Shown in pieces: positions 24,730 to 39,341 of a stretch of DNA of 64,000 nt. The notes beneath the pieces were generated by a model. It ran no database searches. It saw only the letters and a program-made list of their open reading frames with translations, and was not told the DNA's origin. The position numbers were made by a program, and so were the translations under genes. Location: positions 472,998,001 through 473,062,000 of the forward strand of contig NC_067400.1 in the NCBI RefSeq assembly GCF_016432865.1. Direction: 5' to 3'. Every line of letters begins with the position of its first letter. The first letter of the stretch is position 1. The stretch is from Antechinus flavipes. Its lineage: Eukaryota.

Positions 24730-27399
24730 CAGGATAAGCTGTAGTTACCTACCTTCCAGCATTCCAGATGGTTGCTGATGAAAATAAATAGGAGCTGGTG
24801 GCTGAGTTAGTGGAAACAAACTAATTTTGTAATTAACAAAGAGAGGTCCCATCCCAGATGCTTGTTGGATGAACAAGGATGTACACTTGGTGTTGGCAGG
24901 AAACTGCAAGCAGAATTGTGGAGTGATGCTGTTCTATGACTCAGGCACCTTGTAACCTCCCCTTTCTTGTAGCCTCAACAACTTACGGGCTAAGTAGGGT
25001 CAGCCTTCACAGTGTCCTCCCCGTGCTTCAGCCGGCATTCCCCTCAATGAGCAGAGTGTACAGCCAGCACTTGGTTGCCCTTATGACCTCTCTCCTAGTA
25101 CTCGGCTCTGCAGCTGATTCATTCTGAACTGTTTCTGACCTAAGAACTCAGAGCTGGGACAATTTGGTTAACATCCAGAAGTGAGGTGTGAGGATGTCAT
25201 CCCAGCTGGACAGCCTGAAGATGCTGGAGCTTCCTTCGGACTGCCTGTGAATTAATTGATCCTTTTTTCCAAAGACCAGTTAGATCTGTGATTCCTTATC
25301 AGTCCTCATGACCCTAAAATGACGATTTGTCCTAATAGTGATAAGAGGAAGAAAAAATATACAGCATTCTGGGGTCCTAGAACCTATAAATTCTCTGGCT
25401 CTTACAAACGTAATCTTCCTGAAATATCTTCATCTTAGTTCCACTATTTTAATGCTTTCAAAATGAAGCTGATACTTCAGAGAAACAGAGAATATTAAAC
25501 CACAAGGGCTATAGGTATTACCAAGTCCTTCTTTTATAAATGAGTAAACCATGTGCCTTCCTTACAGTTACACAGAGAGATAGTGGCAAAGCAAAATAAA
25601 TGATGGTGAAAAAAATAACTGTTCATTTTCATTTAATTCTCTTAAAGTTTGCAGAGCCTCTTCCCCACAATCCCCACAAGGCAAGTGAAGTCAGTGATCT
25701 GCCTCCTGATCCCTATCCCACTTCTTTTTCTACTATATATCACATTGCCTCGCTTGTGAATATAGAAACTGAATCAAATACTGTATGTAGGATCTACATA
25801 TATCTGTTTAGTAAGGAAATAGTAGGGGATATGTGATTTTATTTAAAACAGTTCACATTCTAAAACTATAGTGGTATTGTATATATGGAACTCTGCTTGA
25901 AGGCAGGGGTTTGTACTTAAAGACCCTTTGAATTTTTCTTCATGTTTGCCTCAGTTTTCTTGTCTATAAAAGGATCTGGAAAAGCATCTTCATGAAGAAA
26001 ATCACAAATGGGGTCCAACTCATGAAGAGTTGTTTCCTTGATGACAATGTTTTCAAACTTTATCAGTCTTTTTCAAGATGAGTACTCTCAGACTTCCTTG
26101 CTCCTCCTGCTAATTTATATTTAATCCCTATTTTTCCCTATTCGGAACGTCTGTAGAAAAATTTCCCCCAACTATTCTCATTTGTCAAAATGGAATAAGG
26201 CCATGGTATAGGGTCCACTCTCTTTCCTATCTCCTCTTCAACCCCCACCTCCAACCTACTTATTCTCTTCCTTCCACCCTGAGTTAGTAACTCTGTACCC
26301 AGAGCAGAGCATGGAGGTCTCCCAGTGAGGTAAAGTCACCATGAACAATGAGGCCCCTGGTTGCCAAGGCGACCACTAAATTGCCCACGTAGCCCCTCCC
26401 TTGTCTCTTCGACCTCCTGGCTGTGTTCTAACTCGGAGGGCTGCTCCCCCTCTCCTTGCCCTTTCCCCTCAACTGGACTCAATTTTCCCCTGACTGGGTG
26501 GCCGCTTTAATTAGCTCTCTCTGGACTGTGCCTCCTCTACCCCCAAGGTGCTGGGAAAGGAGAGAGCTGGATGGCTACCTGGCGATTGAGAATGAGCAGA
26601 TCTGACTGTTCACACGGAGCTGAGAGCTAGCCTGGGGGAAAGAAAAGTAATGGAGTTGGGACTTTAGACAGTCTTGGGGCCTCTAAAGGGATGGAACTCA
26701 GGTGGCTCAGGACAGGGAAGCAGAAAAGGCTTCAGAAGTATGTGCTTAATGGGGTTTCCTATTCAATCTACATAGAAAATTTAATCCCACAGTTTTCTCC
26801 CTACATCACTTCCCTTGTGTATGCTAGGGAGGAAGAAGGGAGAAACTGAGGCAAGAAATACAACTTTCATTCCACATACACCAGTCTTGTATTAGTGTTT
26901 TATTTGTCTTTCCTTTGAAGATTGGGCTAAATGATAGAGGATTAGGGGCCTAAGAAGATTTTTCTTTGTCTAGGACTTATGAAATAATAGATCCTTAGAG
27001 TTCATTTGATTACCTTCATTTCTTCTTCTTTCCTCCACTAATAAATAGCCAATTGAATTATTAGAATCTAACTATTTTCCCCAAAAATTCAATTAACTTT
27101 TTCTCTAAATAGTTAGATGCTATGCCATGCCATTGTATGCATATACATGTATATTAAGTATTGATATTTATTATCTATGGTGCCTTTAAAAACAATGTAA
27201 TTTCTCTCCTTTATATATATTAATGAAGTATACTTTCATTATTGCCTTGTTTAATACCATGATTATAGCCCATCAACCTACATTTTATCAGTGTTTGTAT
27301 ATTTATTATCACAAGCCCCATTTATATAAAACAGCAAATTCTACCTCCTCCTCTCTTCTTTAGTATAGTTTCCTTTTCTTTTTTCTCTTAAGAACAATA

Positions 27400-28500
27400 A
27401 AAAATTCTAATAATTGGGGACTGAATATACCTTACAGATTCTAGCAAATCTAAACAAAAGAAAAACAAGAAAGATGTCAAGGACCTGAACAGACTTTTAG
27501 AAAAGTTAGATATGACAGCTCTCTGGCTATTACTAACTAGGAATAGAAAGCATTTATTTTACACCTTCTTAACTGTGAGTGGCACCATTACAAAAATTCA
27601 CCACGTATTAGGGCATAAAAACCTTGCAAATAAGTGCACAAATGAAAAATATTAAACTTGCACTTTACTCATCATAAAGTGATACAATTTATAGTCATCA
27701 ATCTTATTTTCTTGCTTTATGACCTTTAAAAATTAACATTTGTTGCATGGTGACAATTGTTTTTTGGCCCTCTGTTAAAATATAAACACCTCATCTTTAC
27801 AAAGTTCTTTCAGATGGTCAAATATATTTATCTTTCTATGTTTCTTTTTACTTCTATGTTTGCAATTCAAAGTATATACCTATGTCTAATCTCTACATTA
27901 GAAATATATGGAAATCTCCTGTTTCATTAAAGCTTCATGCCCACCCCCATAAGATTATATTTAGCTTTGCTGCATAGACTTTCTCTTTTGCCTCCTGGTA
28001 TATCATTCCAAGCTCTTTTCGTCTTTAAATGTAGTTGTCATGTCTTGTGTGATCCTGACTGTGGCTCTTTGGTACTTGAACTCTTTACTTCTGGCAATTT
28101 GCAGTATTTTGTCTTGAGTATGAAAGCTCTGTAGTTTAGCTATGATGTTTCTGAATTTTCATTTTGGGGTTTCTTTTGGGAACTGATGGAATCTTTCTAT
28201 TTTCACCTTGCCCTTATGTTTTCTTATTTTTCCCCTAATATTTCTTGTTATCTCATCTAACCATTGATCTGTCTAGTCCAATCTAAACTCAAGGAATCTG
28301 TTATAACAAGGTTTCTTGTTATAAATCTGTTAAACAAGGTTTTATACTTCCTTTGTTTTCCTAACTGTTTGTTTTCCTAAATCTTTCCTCTAGAGCTCTA
28401 ATTTAATTTATATGATTGTTTTAAACTCTTGTTTTATTTCTTCCAGGAATTCCATTAGAGCTTGCAGCAAATGCATTATTTTATTTTCACCTTTGCTTGT
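27400..28500. mobile_element. Old degenerate L1 remnant: ORF2 endonuclease fragment on + (about 27400-27710) adjoining L1-like sequence in opposite orientation
   Basis: Degenerate translation resembles the L1 EN domain (IIxGD, DLNRLLEKLDM, GTITKIxHVLGHK). The second half resembles reverse-strand L1 and its assignment is less sure. Confidence 0.6.
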
Positions 28501-28763
28501 GAAGCTATTCCCTTTTGGGTCTGTATCTTAGGTATCCATGGCTCTCTAGCCATGGTGTGGTATATGTCTGTGAGTGTGTCTGTGTCTGTTTGTGTGGATA
28601 TATGTGCGTGTCTTTAATTGATGATCTTAAAAATCAAAGTTTTCTTTTGTGTTTTCTTCCCTAGCTTTGCTCCTTGGGGCCAGGCTCTTTACATTTTTTG
28701 GAAGGAATGGTTAGGCCTTTTTTGATACTTTATATAAGATCTTAGTATTAAGAACTGTGTTTT

Positions 28764-28914
28764 GGGGCAGCTAGGTGGAGCAGTGGATAGAGCACCAGCC
28801 TTGAAGTCAGGAGGACCTGAGTTCAAATCTAGTCTCAGACACTTAAAACTTCCTAGGCAAGTGTGATCCTAGGCAAGTCACTTAACCCTAATTGCCTCAG
28901 CAAAAAAAAAAAAA
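28764..28914 (+). mobile_element. WSINE1-like tRNA-derived SINE with A-tail and TSD
   Basis: Starts ggggcagctaggtggagcagtggatagagc, has B-box gagttcaaatc and an A-tail. TSD aactgtgtttt at 28753-28763 and 28913-28923. Confidence 0.9.
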
Positions 28915-29323
28915 CTGTGTTTTTCAAGTGTTTCAAGACTGGTTCCAGTAAACACACTACACTAGGGAGATCTACATGAAGGGGTACGGGGAAAATCAAG
29001 CAGAGGAAATCTGCACTGAGTATTCTGACAAGGGTATTCCTCATCTGTTACCTTCAGGTTCCTGGACTCAGACATTTCTGACACACGTTTGGGTTTAGAG
29101 GGACATGGATGTAGGCTACAGATATCCTTGGCTAGACCCTTGATTAGTCTCCCATCACTGTCCCCAGCATATAATACAGACTATAACCTTCTCTGACTTG
29201 TCCCATGGCCCTTGGTTGGAAGCTTTCATCAGTTACACTCATAGGCCAGACTTTTCTGTTTGGATCCTTTCCCAAAGCCCGGGATTCTAGGTGTTTTTGT
29301 CCTGACTAGAAAATGAATTTACT

Positions 29324-29484
29324 AGGGCAGCGAGGTGGTGCGGTGGATAGAGCACTAGCCCTGAAGTCCGGAGGAGCTGAGTTCAAATGTGGTCTCAGAC
29401 ACTTAACACTTCCTGACTGTGTGACCCTGGGCAAGTCACTTAATTTCCATTGCCTCAGCAAAAAAAAAAAAAAAAAAAAAAAAA
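29324..29484 (+). mobile_element. Young WSINE1-like SINE with 25-A tail
   Basis: A-box-like tggtgcggtgg, B-box gagttcaaatg, retained CpGs, and A25 tail at 29460-29484. Confidence 0.9.
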
Positions 29485-32400
29485 GAGCATTTATTCTACT
29501 TATTTTTTGATCACTTCTTGATCTGTTGCTTTTTAACATCACATCACTAAGGTAGTTGTAGGAGAACTGGGCTGCTCTGTTTCCTCTTCCTCTGCCACCT
29601 TTGAGGGGGAAATGTTTGTCCATTCATAGGAAAAGCAGCACAATGAGGTGGGAGGCACACAACTTGAAATCCAAAAGTCTGAGCGCTGACATTTCTTATA
29701 TGAGCGACCTTGAATATGTCACTTAACTTCTGAGAATTTCAGTTTCTTCATCTGCAAATTGGACTTCTAATCCTCCCATAATGCACAGAATTCTGTTGAA
29801 AGCATTTTTTACCTTACGGTGCTATATAAATAGGACCTTTTGTTATTTATTGTGCATCTACTGTTAGTCATTATGGAAGATGCTAGATAATTAGGGATGC
29901 ATTGGCAGCTACATTGTGAGGAGTAAAGAGTCTGAAAGTTTCCAAAGTGATTTGCTCTTAAGGAAGTATTTTAAATAATATAATGTTTAGAATCCTGAGG
30001 TGCCACCCTAATCAGTCTTTCTGGGAAGAGCCTGAAGAATAAGTATTCTTTATGTTCACTCCCACGCTTCCCTAATGATGATGAGGAGCATTGACATAGT
30101 GCTTTAAGGCTCACAAAATCCTTAACAAACGTTATTTTATTTCCTCAACTACCCTGCTAATATTTTCTCCATTTTAGATAGCTGGGGAAACTGAGGCAAA
30201 AAGAAGTTAAATGACCTGCCCAGGGTCACATAGCTAATAAATGTCCATGGTCATCTTCAAACGTGAGTCTTCCTTACCCCAGGTTCAGTGCTCTTTTACT
30301 CCCAGTTCCTACTTCTTTCTGCACCCACATCTGAAGAAAGGTGGTTCCAACTCCTGGGCTATTTTTGGCTATTTCTATTACCAAAACGTCCCCTTCCCCT
30401 TATGCCTCAAGTTTTGGGGAAAAGACTGGAGTTGATATGACAATATTCCATCTGTCAGAAGCACCTCCTGAAATACAAGTATGACTCACTCATGATTCCT
30501 CTGTTATTGTTTGACTTTGGGTCTTTTCTGTGCCATGGTCTTTCTTGGGAGCTGGCAAAAACATTGGCTGCTGGCAGCTACCCTCTTACCCAGGATTTAT
30601 AATGTGCCCCAGATATGAAACACAGCCCAGCCACATCTATTCTCTTCCAAAGTATGATCCAAGGCCCTAGACATGTTTGGATTGTATGTTTTGTGGATTA
30701 TCCATTGTTTTTAAATTCACAATTAGCTTCCAATCTGAACACTCTATTCTGCTTCCCCCTGCTACTGGAATACCCTCAGGCTAATAATGAAGAAGACCTG
30801 TGCTTTAGTCAGAATGGGAATTCCCAGGAAGAGAAGTCTTCCCAGAAGATTGAAATAAGCCAATGACTTAGCCCATGTGTCCCATGGAGTTCTTAACAGG
30901 CTCAGAGGTGAAGCAACTAGAGATTATCAGAGATGGGATTTGAATCCAGATTTCCTGACTCCAAGCCCAGACTCTATCCCACCATTCTGCACTTTCACTG
31001 GTATATACCTATATGGTTTAATTTAATATATGTTAAGCTAAACAAAATTTAATTAGGAAAACAAACTTGAAACATCCCATTCTGTGTATTTTAATACTTT
31101 AAAGTATCTACAGTCTCATTAAAAGATTCCTCTCTGCTTTCTCTCCTGTAAAATACTTATCCACATATTGTTCTCAATCCTATATAAACAATCCACCCAA
31201 TAAACCAGAAACCTACATTTAAGTCTTTGATATTTCATATTGCTGGAGAACTCAAATATTGACATTTTATTCCTCACTCTCAGTATATGACATGATTAGT
31301 AGGAGAGGAAAAAAAGGGGAGAGGGAGAAAGAGAGATGGAGAAAGTGATACAGAAAAGACAGAGAAAGAAAAAAACAAAACAGATAAAAAGGCATAAGGA
31401 CAGGCATACAGAAAGAGACAAAGGCAGAGGCAAATATCTTATCTTGATTTGGAATCATCCAAACTGGAACTCTTCTACCATTTTTCTAAACAAATGTTGA
31501 AATAATTCCATTACTTAAAGTCCCCAGGGGCATAACTAGTTGGTTTAGCAAATCTTTGACCAATTAATGAGTTCACGCCTGATTTAAAAAAAAAATCACA
31601 AGACATATATAGACAATTTTGTTTATAGATTTTGAAAACCTAATCATAACTGTTGATTGATTGAGGTAAGGGTGGAATCTTATTTCTTACATAAGTGTAT
31701 CAATGTATTTATTGGAATTCAACATTCCATTAATGGAGGCAGAACTACTAGACCTAATGGAAGTAAAAATAATCTGAAATATCTTCTTTGGGTAGATAGA
31801 TGATTAACAATCTGATAAGGAATATAGAATCTTACAGGGTCACCTGGACTTCTATATGTTTGATATAGTCTTGAATGAAAAAGGGAATTTCATACACAAA
31901 AAAATTCTTTTTTCTAATTTTAGTATTTCAGTTCTTTGTTATTACCTTATCTATCACATTTTTTTCCTTCTTCATAGCAGTGCTTAGGAACTTTAGTTTT
32001 TATTTTATTGTTCATCTCCTTGTACTTTTAACTTCAGTAAGTCCATGATACACAATAAGATGTCGGAAAACCATGGTTTGTTTTCTGAACTTGAATTAGT
32101 GTATCGAATAGCAATAATGCATCATTTCTTAAAGGGATTTTTATTTTTGTTTTCTATTTATAATTGTATTTTCCTTCACATTTCAGGATAAAATGATTCT
32201 TTATCATTATGGACTTGAATGATCCCTGAAACATTTCATATCCCCATATTAAAAATCATTATGTCTCTAACAGTCATTGAAGTATGCTGTTTATGGCCCA
32301 AACTTTTCTTTGGAGTAACAATATTCATTATTTAAAACCACAGGATTAGAAATAGCAAAAAAAGAGCAATAGAACATAAATACATCTAACACTCAACTAG

Positions 32401-34017
32401 CAAAAAACAATGAAAGGTATAAAAATCAGTTCAGATTATTTTCATTTGGTCAAAGTTAAATGTTCTAAACAGTCAAATATCAGTAGAAACACAGACATGA
32501 CCGTGGCTGCGACACAATATAACAAGTATTGCTTGTTCCAAGCAATTTGCTTACCAATGTAATCTTTATACAAAGCAGTGTAAAAATGTGACCAAGGATG
32601 GGTATAGAGGGAGAACTTTATAATAAAATAACAATAATTTCTGGTGCTTTTATAATGCTATAAAGTTAGCAGGACAACTGTATACATCATCTCATCTCAA
32701 TCCTATATGGTACATATTATTGTTATTAAGTCTTTTCAATTTTATCTAACTCTTTGTGATCCCATTTGGACTTTTCTTAGCAGAAATATTGCAGTGGTGT
32801 ACTATTTTCTTCTCCAGCTCATTTTTCAGATGAAAAAACTAAGGCAAAGAGAGTTGTAACTTGTTCTGGGTCACACAGCTAGTAATTTCAGGAAGATGAG
32901 TCTTCCCAACTCCAGGTCCAGCACTCAAGCCACTGTACTACCAGGTCACAGAAATATCTCTCATGTTTAGAAAACACAGACTCCAAGCTCCTAGAATTTT
33001 GACTACCTCTTTTCGGGCAGTATTTGGAGATCTGTGAAGTCTGAAAGACCTCTTGGCAGGAATATTAGAATTTAAGCTCCTGCTCATTGATTGACCTTTA
33101 AAATGCCCTCCAATATCTGAGCTTTTATAATTCCATGATAGAGCTGGGCTGCAATATCACATTTTGTCAGTTACTTTTTAGCAAGTGATATGCCCTTGAA
33201 AATGTTCTACAGTTAAGTCTCCAGGTTGTGTAAAACAGACTTGTTTCCTTCATCCAATAACTTCAAATTTAAGATTGTGCATATGATTCTTACTTAGAAT
33301 GAAGATTATGTACAACTGATAATTCATTATGTGAAGAGCTTTCTGGATAGGGCAATACTACCTCCATATTCCCTTATTCTATCTTACTACCCTACCTTGA
33401 GTTTAACAGTTATCCTTTTCAATATATTGATCTCTCCATGGTAACTAAATTGGTTCCTAATTAGGTCTTCAGGGGATAAACATAAATAATAAATAGGACT
33501 AAAATCATCTCCAATCTTCATTCCTCCCCCTAGTCCTTCTTTTGTTTGTGGTTTTATGTCACTTGATATTATAAGAGAGAAAAGAGATTTGCAGAGATTC
33601 TAACTCCCTCCCCCCTTTCTTCTGTGTCCAAAGTATTTTATGAGAGGCAGATGAAGAGTTAACACTTGGAGGGCTTCTTGAATCCTGGCTAACAGTAGCT
33701 TTGAGGGCCCTCGTTGACGCAGAGACACCATTCTAGGTGGAAGGTAACTTCCCTTCATTCAAGAAGGGAAGTTGAAAATTTTTGAAAAGACAAATGTTTT
33801 TCTTTAAGATTAAAATGAAAAGAAGCAAATGCTTCTGTCAGTTGCCACTACAAGTCTCCTTTTTTCATTTGGTCTATGACAATTTGACTGAAATGCCTTT
33901 GCCAAACATGTCAAATGCTAAACCTTACCATTCCATCACCACCCACTTCTTTCATAATGAAAGAGAACAACCCATTATAATATTTTCAAGGCAGAGTGCG
34001 ACCCAACCTGTTTCTCC

Positions 34018-34378
34018 CTTTTTTATTAAAGCTTTTTTATTTTCCAAACACATGCATGGGTAATTGACCCTTGCAAAACTTTCTGTTCCAAATGTTCCTC
34101 TTCCCCCCACACTCTCCCCTAGATGGCAAGTAATCCAATATATGTTAAACATGTTAAAATATATGTTAAGTCCAGTAGATGTATACATAGTTCTATAATT
34201 ATGATGCTGCACAAGAAAAATCAGATCAACAAGGAAAAAAAGAGAAAGAAAACAAAATGCAAGCAAACAACAATAAAGAGTGAAAATGCTATGTTGTGAA
34301 TCACACTCAGCACCCTCTCTGGGTGCAGATGGCTCTCTTCATCACAGTCTCATTGGAACTGGCCTCAATCATCTCATT
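34018..34378 (-). mobile_element. Truncated L1 3' end
   Basis: L1 3' UTR motifs. 15-bp TSD ccaacctgtttctcc at 34003-34017 and 34379-34393. Confidence 0.85.
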
Positions 34379-37300
34379 CCAACCTGTTTCTCCTTTAAAG
34401 CCCCTGATATGATCTTTAAAGATTCTTTTCTGATGTTCAAGAGTATAGGACAGGTAAATGTAGTACCCTCCCTAATGAGCTTATTTCTCTGTTTCACTGT
34501 ACTCAATAAACAAGATTTATTAAGGATCAGGCATTATGGTAAGCACTGAATCAGAATCAATTCCTGCCCTCAAGGAGCTTACATTCAATGAGGAAATAAT
34601 AGATAAGTTACCCAAGAGACCAAGGCCAAGATCCTACCCACTATGCACACTGCCTTGATCATATGCTTTTTCACAATTCAGGTTTGGGGATTTGGGTTTT
34701 TTTTAAATATACATTAGTATTCTACACAAAAGTTCTATTCTGATAAGTCATCAAAGCTTAGATATGAGAGTTCTCAAAGGCTTTGCCAGGTGACTTCAAG
34801 CTCTGGCAGGTCCAGAAAAGCTAAGAGTATGGGCTTAACACCCTGCTCTTCTTGTCTTCCAAAATTCAGTCTAACTAATTTCAGAAAGGTCACTAGAAAG
34901 TGCTCTGAGGAAAAAACAAATAGCAAACAACAACAACAGCAACTCACAAAGATCCTCTCCTAAAGCAGAAGAACTGCCATCAGCATCAGTGGAAGGAGTG
35001 TCTGTGATGATAAAATCATAAAGCTTTTGAAGTACTAAGCCAAGTACATAAGATGATAAAATCAAAATTACAAAGATCAGATTGAATTTAGAGACTCGGG
35101 CTGTACCCAGATTATTCCCCTAATTCAGACTCTATGAAATCTCTGCTACCTAATTTCATCTCTACAACCAACACCTCCCCCAGAATCTTTTCATAGCTAA
35201 AAATAACAGTCTATAACTCAAATCACTATGTCTTGGAGTCTGTGTTTGTGTGCATGTGTGTGTTTTGTTTTCCCCTCAAGCACGTACTGTACATCAGAAA
35301 ATGTGGGCACGTTTTAAGCTGCATTCAGCATTCATTCAACAAATATTTCTTGAGTGAATAATAAGAAGAACAAATATAAAGAAATAAAAAATATTTCATA
35401 GTCTCTCCAAGCTTGCAGGGCTATCACGGGCTCTTTGCTGGGTAGAAGGACTAGAGATTCGTATCCTAAGTTCTTGAAAGCTTTTTCTTCCCCAGGGCAG
35501 AAAAGGATGGCTCCTGCCTTAAAACAAAGGAGTGAGAGGGCAGCAAGGCTGAACTTTAGCTGTGTGACTTGGGCCTGGCTAGTCACAGCCCTCAGAAGTT
35601 AGGAGCTGGAAACTCACAGGGAGGAAATATGTATAAACATGGAGGGGAGAGAAAGATGGTCCCGGGCCAGCAGGCAGGAAGGCAGAGCCCTGGGAAGGGG
35701 CCCAGGAAACAGAGATGTGTTACTTTTATCAGGTGTGGAGTTGGCAAAAACAGTTTGTTCACCGGGAAATGCCCTGTATCCCTACCAGCAATTCCCCGGT
35801 CCCCCTTTCCCGCCTGTCCTGAAGGTGGGGGTTACTGATTAGATGAACAAACACTTCATAATAATGTGCTAGGTCTGGGGGGGAGAGAACACAGTGTTCA
35901 TAGTTTAATGCCATTGTAAAGGTTTTACAGGGTGCTGGAAAGGGGATGGTTTCCAGGAAGTTAAAGATGCAGCTTCAACATTTTTTCCCCCAGTCCTGGA
36001 CAGGACTCCCGATTCTTCACGCTTAGATGACTACCAGGTTTTGTTTTGAGCAAATCTCGAAGTGATTTAATTTGCATATTCAGGGACTGTGTTTGTTTTT
36101 TAAATTCCAGAGACCCTAACTACCAACGAAATAGAAAAAGCCATTTCCTACAGCTACTTTGGTCCCACTCAGAGTGACAGGAGTTTTGGGACTGGGGACC
36201 TGCAAGGGCTAGTGCAGAGGTTTCCATCACCAGTTACAAGGGAAGTTGTGAAAGGGGGAGATGGAGATATGGCAGCATTTCCCATGGGGCATTTATGGAT
36301 CGATAAAGGGGGTTGAAGGGCTGCTGGTTTGTAAGTTGGATCGCTTCAGAGTGGATGATATTTGATGGCACTGGGGAGGTGGTTTGGAGAATGATAGGAG
36401 GGGATCACCTGGTAAGAACTCAAGTTCTTTCAGGGAAGATTGAAAGGTACCACGTGCAATTATCTGATGTTGAGTGTGGTCCTTCCTAGAGCTGAGAGGA
36501 GGTTTGCAATAAGGGTAGGGGGATATTCACAGGTGTTCATGACTTGGCTGATTTTGGAGAAGCAGCTCCTTGTGATGTTGTACAGCTAGATCTCATCCAT
36601 CCCTGCTCTCTAAATTCAGAAAACTGCCGGTGTCAGTTATGAAAGAACTTCAGGGATGACCTCGTCCCTTACATCCATTTTACCAAAAAAAGGAAACTGG
36701 GACCCAGAGATGGGAAACTATCTGCCCAAGACTCAAAGTCAAGTCTAGACTTGACTAGTAAAGAGTGCTCAGGGTTGATGGGAAATGGAATAAGCTTATC
36801 TTTCTTGATCTGTTTTCATTTTTTGATTGGTTGAAACGGAGCCACCCACACATAAACAAGAAAATTACAAGTGCATTTGCATAAAATGAATCTTGCATGG
36901 AATGTAAACTTCTTGAGTGCAGGGATTTTCTACAACTTTCCACCCCCACCTCTCATTCCTATTTTTTTCAATTCCTGGTATAATGTCTTACAAGAGGAGG
37001 TGCCTCATAAATGTTTGTGGATTGGTTGACTGACTTACTTGATAAAGCTATTAGGCAATTTTTGGATTACATTATTTTTATTGCTTCCCTGAAGGTTGTT
37101 ACTTCCTGATTTCTCAATCTCCTTGTCTCAATCTCAATCTCCCCATCAATGAGCCTTTTCCCAATAATAACAATGCAGCAAAAAGGACTTTACCAGGACT
37201 GTGGTTGTCCTTGGGCCACACACTGGTGAACCTGAAGGCAGAGAAGAAAGCCACGTTCCCATCCCCCAAATCTCAAGCCTCCTAGATTCTGACCCTTCTC

Positions 37301-39341
37301 TCAGCCACAGCAACTTTGTGGGGAAAAGGGGAGGTGAGGCAGGCTTCTGGTCCCTCAAGCCCTTTCTCCTCACTCATAAGTTTTCTTCTTTCTGCTATTT
37401 TGATGGAAGCTGACCTTCAGCTGACCTTGAAGTGCCATCTTAAGCCCTGGTATTAAATTAGCTCCTTTTTAGCCATCACTTCATTCCTCTATCTTCAGCT
37501 ATTACAAATAGGGGCCCCTTACAGCATGGGCTAGGTATGTACCCCCAGTGTAATGGCAAGCCCCAATCACTTCTCCATCCCAGCCTTGTTGCATGCCGGG
37601 CAGGCTACAGAGCTCTCAAGTATCGCAGTGTTAATCCATTGTTGCTTCCCTCATTTTATTGGCTATTTGTGGCCCCCTAATAAGACTGTCATGTGTACTA
37701 AATCACTCATAGATGGTCCTCCAGAGCATGTTTTTTTTTTTTTTTTCCTTTTCTTTGGGGGAAGGGAGTGGAGAAAGGGATGGTTATCCTTGTATCAAAT
37801 GCCAGGATTAGAATAGTAACTTGTCAGTCATCAGAAAATAAAACCAATTCCATTTGGAATTCTTTTCCAACTTTTTTTAGCACGTTTACCTTGCATCTGT
37901 TTTGAGTGACCTAAATAATAACGGTTGCTTTTAGTAAATAAATTATAAAATCAGTATTACTGCAAGATGCCGGCATATCTTCCTTAAAGTTTTTTATTTC
38001 CTTGTCCATTTTGGATGGTATTCTACCAACAGTGACTTTTCAGGATTTAGAGAGAAAAAGGACTTTGGGACAAGCAAATTCTACTGTTTTCAACCCAATA
38101 AAATATGTCTCTTTATATTCCTTTTTGGCATAGATAAGGGTAATAACAATAATAATGATGGATATTTCTATAGCATTTCAGGTTTTACACACTTTTTTTG
38201 TATACATCATCTCATTTTAGATTAAGGTGGAATAGTGGGAGATGTATTGACTCTGTAGCCAGAAGACCTACAATCAAGTTCCTAGTCTGATGCTTACTAT
38301 GAGACTTTGGTCAAGTCATTCAACTAACTTCATGGAAGTTTTTCCATTTTTCAAATGAGGGGGTTCATAGGTGATATCTGAGATCCCTTCCAGCTGTCAT
38401 TCTAGAACTCAATCAGCAAGTATTTTTGGAGCATCTACTATGTACCAGGCATTGTCTTTACCCCTGAGACTAAAAAGACCTAAATGAAATAGTCCCTGCC
38501 CTGAAGGAGCTTATAGACTATGGAGAAATGGAGGAAGGTGACACATACAGAAAAAATAACAGAAGTAATCAACATCAAGGCGACAGATGCTTGGTTTTTT
38601 CCTCTTTTCTACCCTATCTCTTTCTTAGCTTATTTTTGTTTCAGAGCCAGCTAAGTTTGGAAAAAAAAAGAATTATGAGGCTTTTTTTGCTGAATATTAG
38701 ATATAGAGAAAATAAGGTTCTTCTGCAGGGGAGCTACAGTGAATAGCATGTCTGAAGTCAGAAGACAGCCTTAGGCTGTTTGATCCTGGACAAGTCACTT
38801 CACCCTGTTTGACTCAGTTTCCTCATCAGTAAAATGAGCTGGAGAAAGAAATGGGAAACCACGGAAGTATCTTTGCCAAGACAATCCCAAATGGAATCCC
38901 AGAATACAACAGCAAGCTCCTTAAGGGCAGCGACAGTGTTCATCTTTGTCTTTGTCTAGCACAATGCTCTGTATATAATTGGTGCTTATTAATAATCTGC
39001 AGAATGAATGAATAAAATAAGAAAACTCTGAGAGAACTCTAGCATTAACATGGAAGCATTATCTGCACATAATATAGTGCTAGATGCTGAACCAAGCAAA
39101 TTGGACATACTCTCTCATTGGGGAAAAATAATGGTAACTCATGTTAATAGAGAGCTTTCTAGTTTAAGTGTTATTCTGACAAGCACCTCAGAGCTAAGTA
39201 GCACAAAGATGCCCCTTTGACAGATATTTCTATGCCATTGGAGGATGTTGCTGCTCAAGATATTCCTTTCAATCCTGAGAATGCCTACATGTCAGTAGAT
39301 GTGTGTTCATAAGGAAGACAAAGAGTTGCAGAATCAGAGAC

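Noticed and set aside
29592-29608. Possible reverse-strand CTCF site (ctgccacctttgagggg)
   Set aside because: Only the GGTGGCAG half matches; four mismatches fall in the CCACC core.
31430-32650. AT-rich unique-looking block as a possible endogenous viral or transposase remnant
   Set aside because: The part I translated by hand (minus strand, about 31920-32340) gave only short stop-ridden peptides with no recognisable viral or transposase motif, and the ORF track shows nothing long here. TBLASTX or Dfam would be needed to revisit it.
36071-36882. Octamer ATTTGCAT sites (36071, 36875; also 13178)
   Set aside because: Three 8-mers in 64 kb of AT-rich DNA is about the chance expectation.
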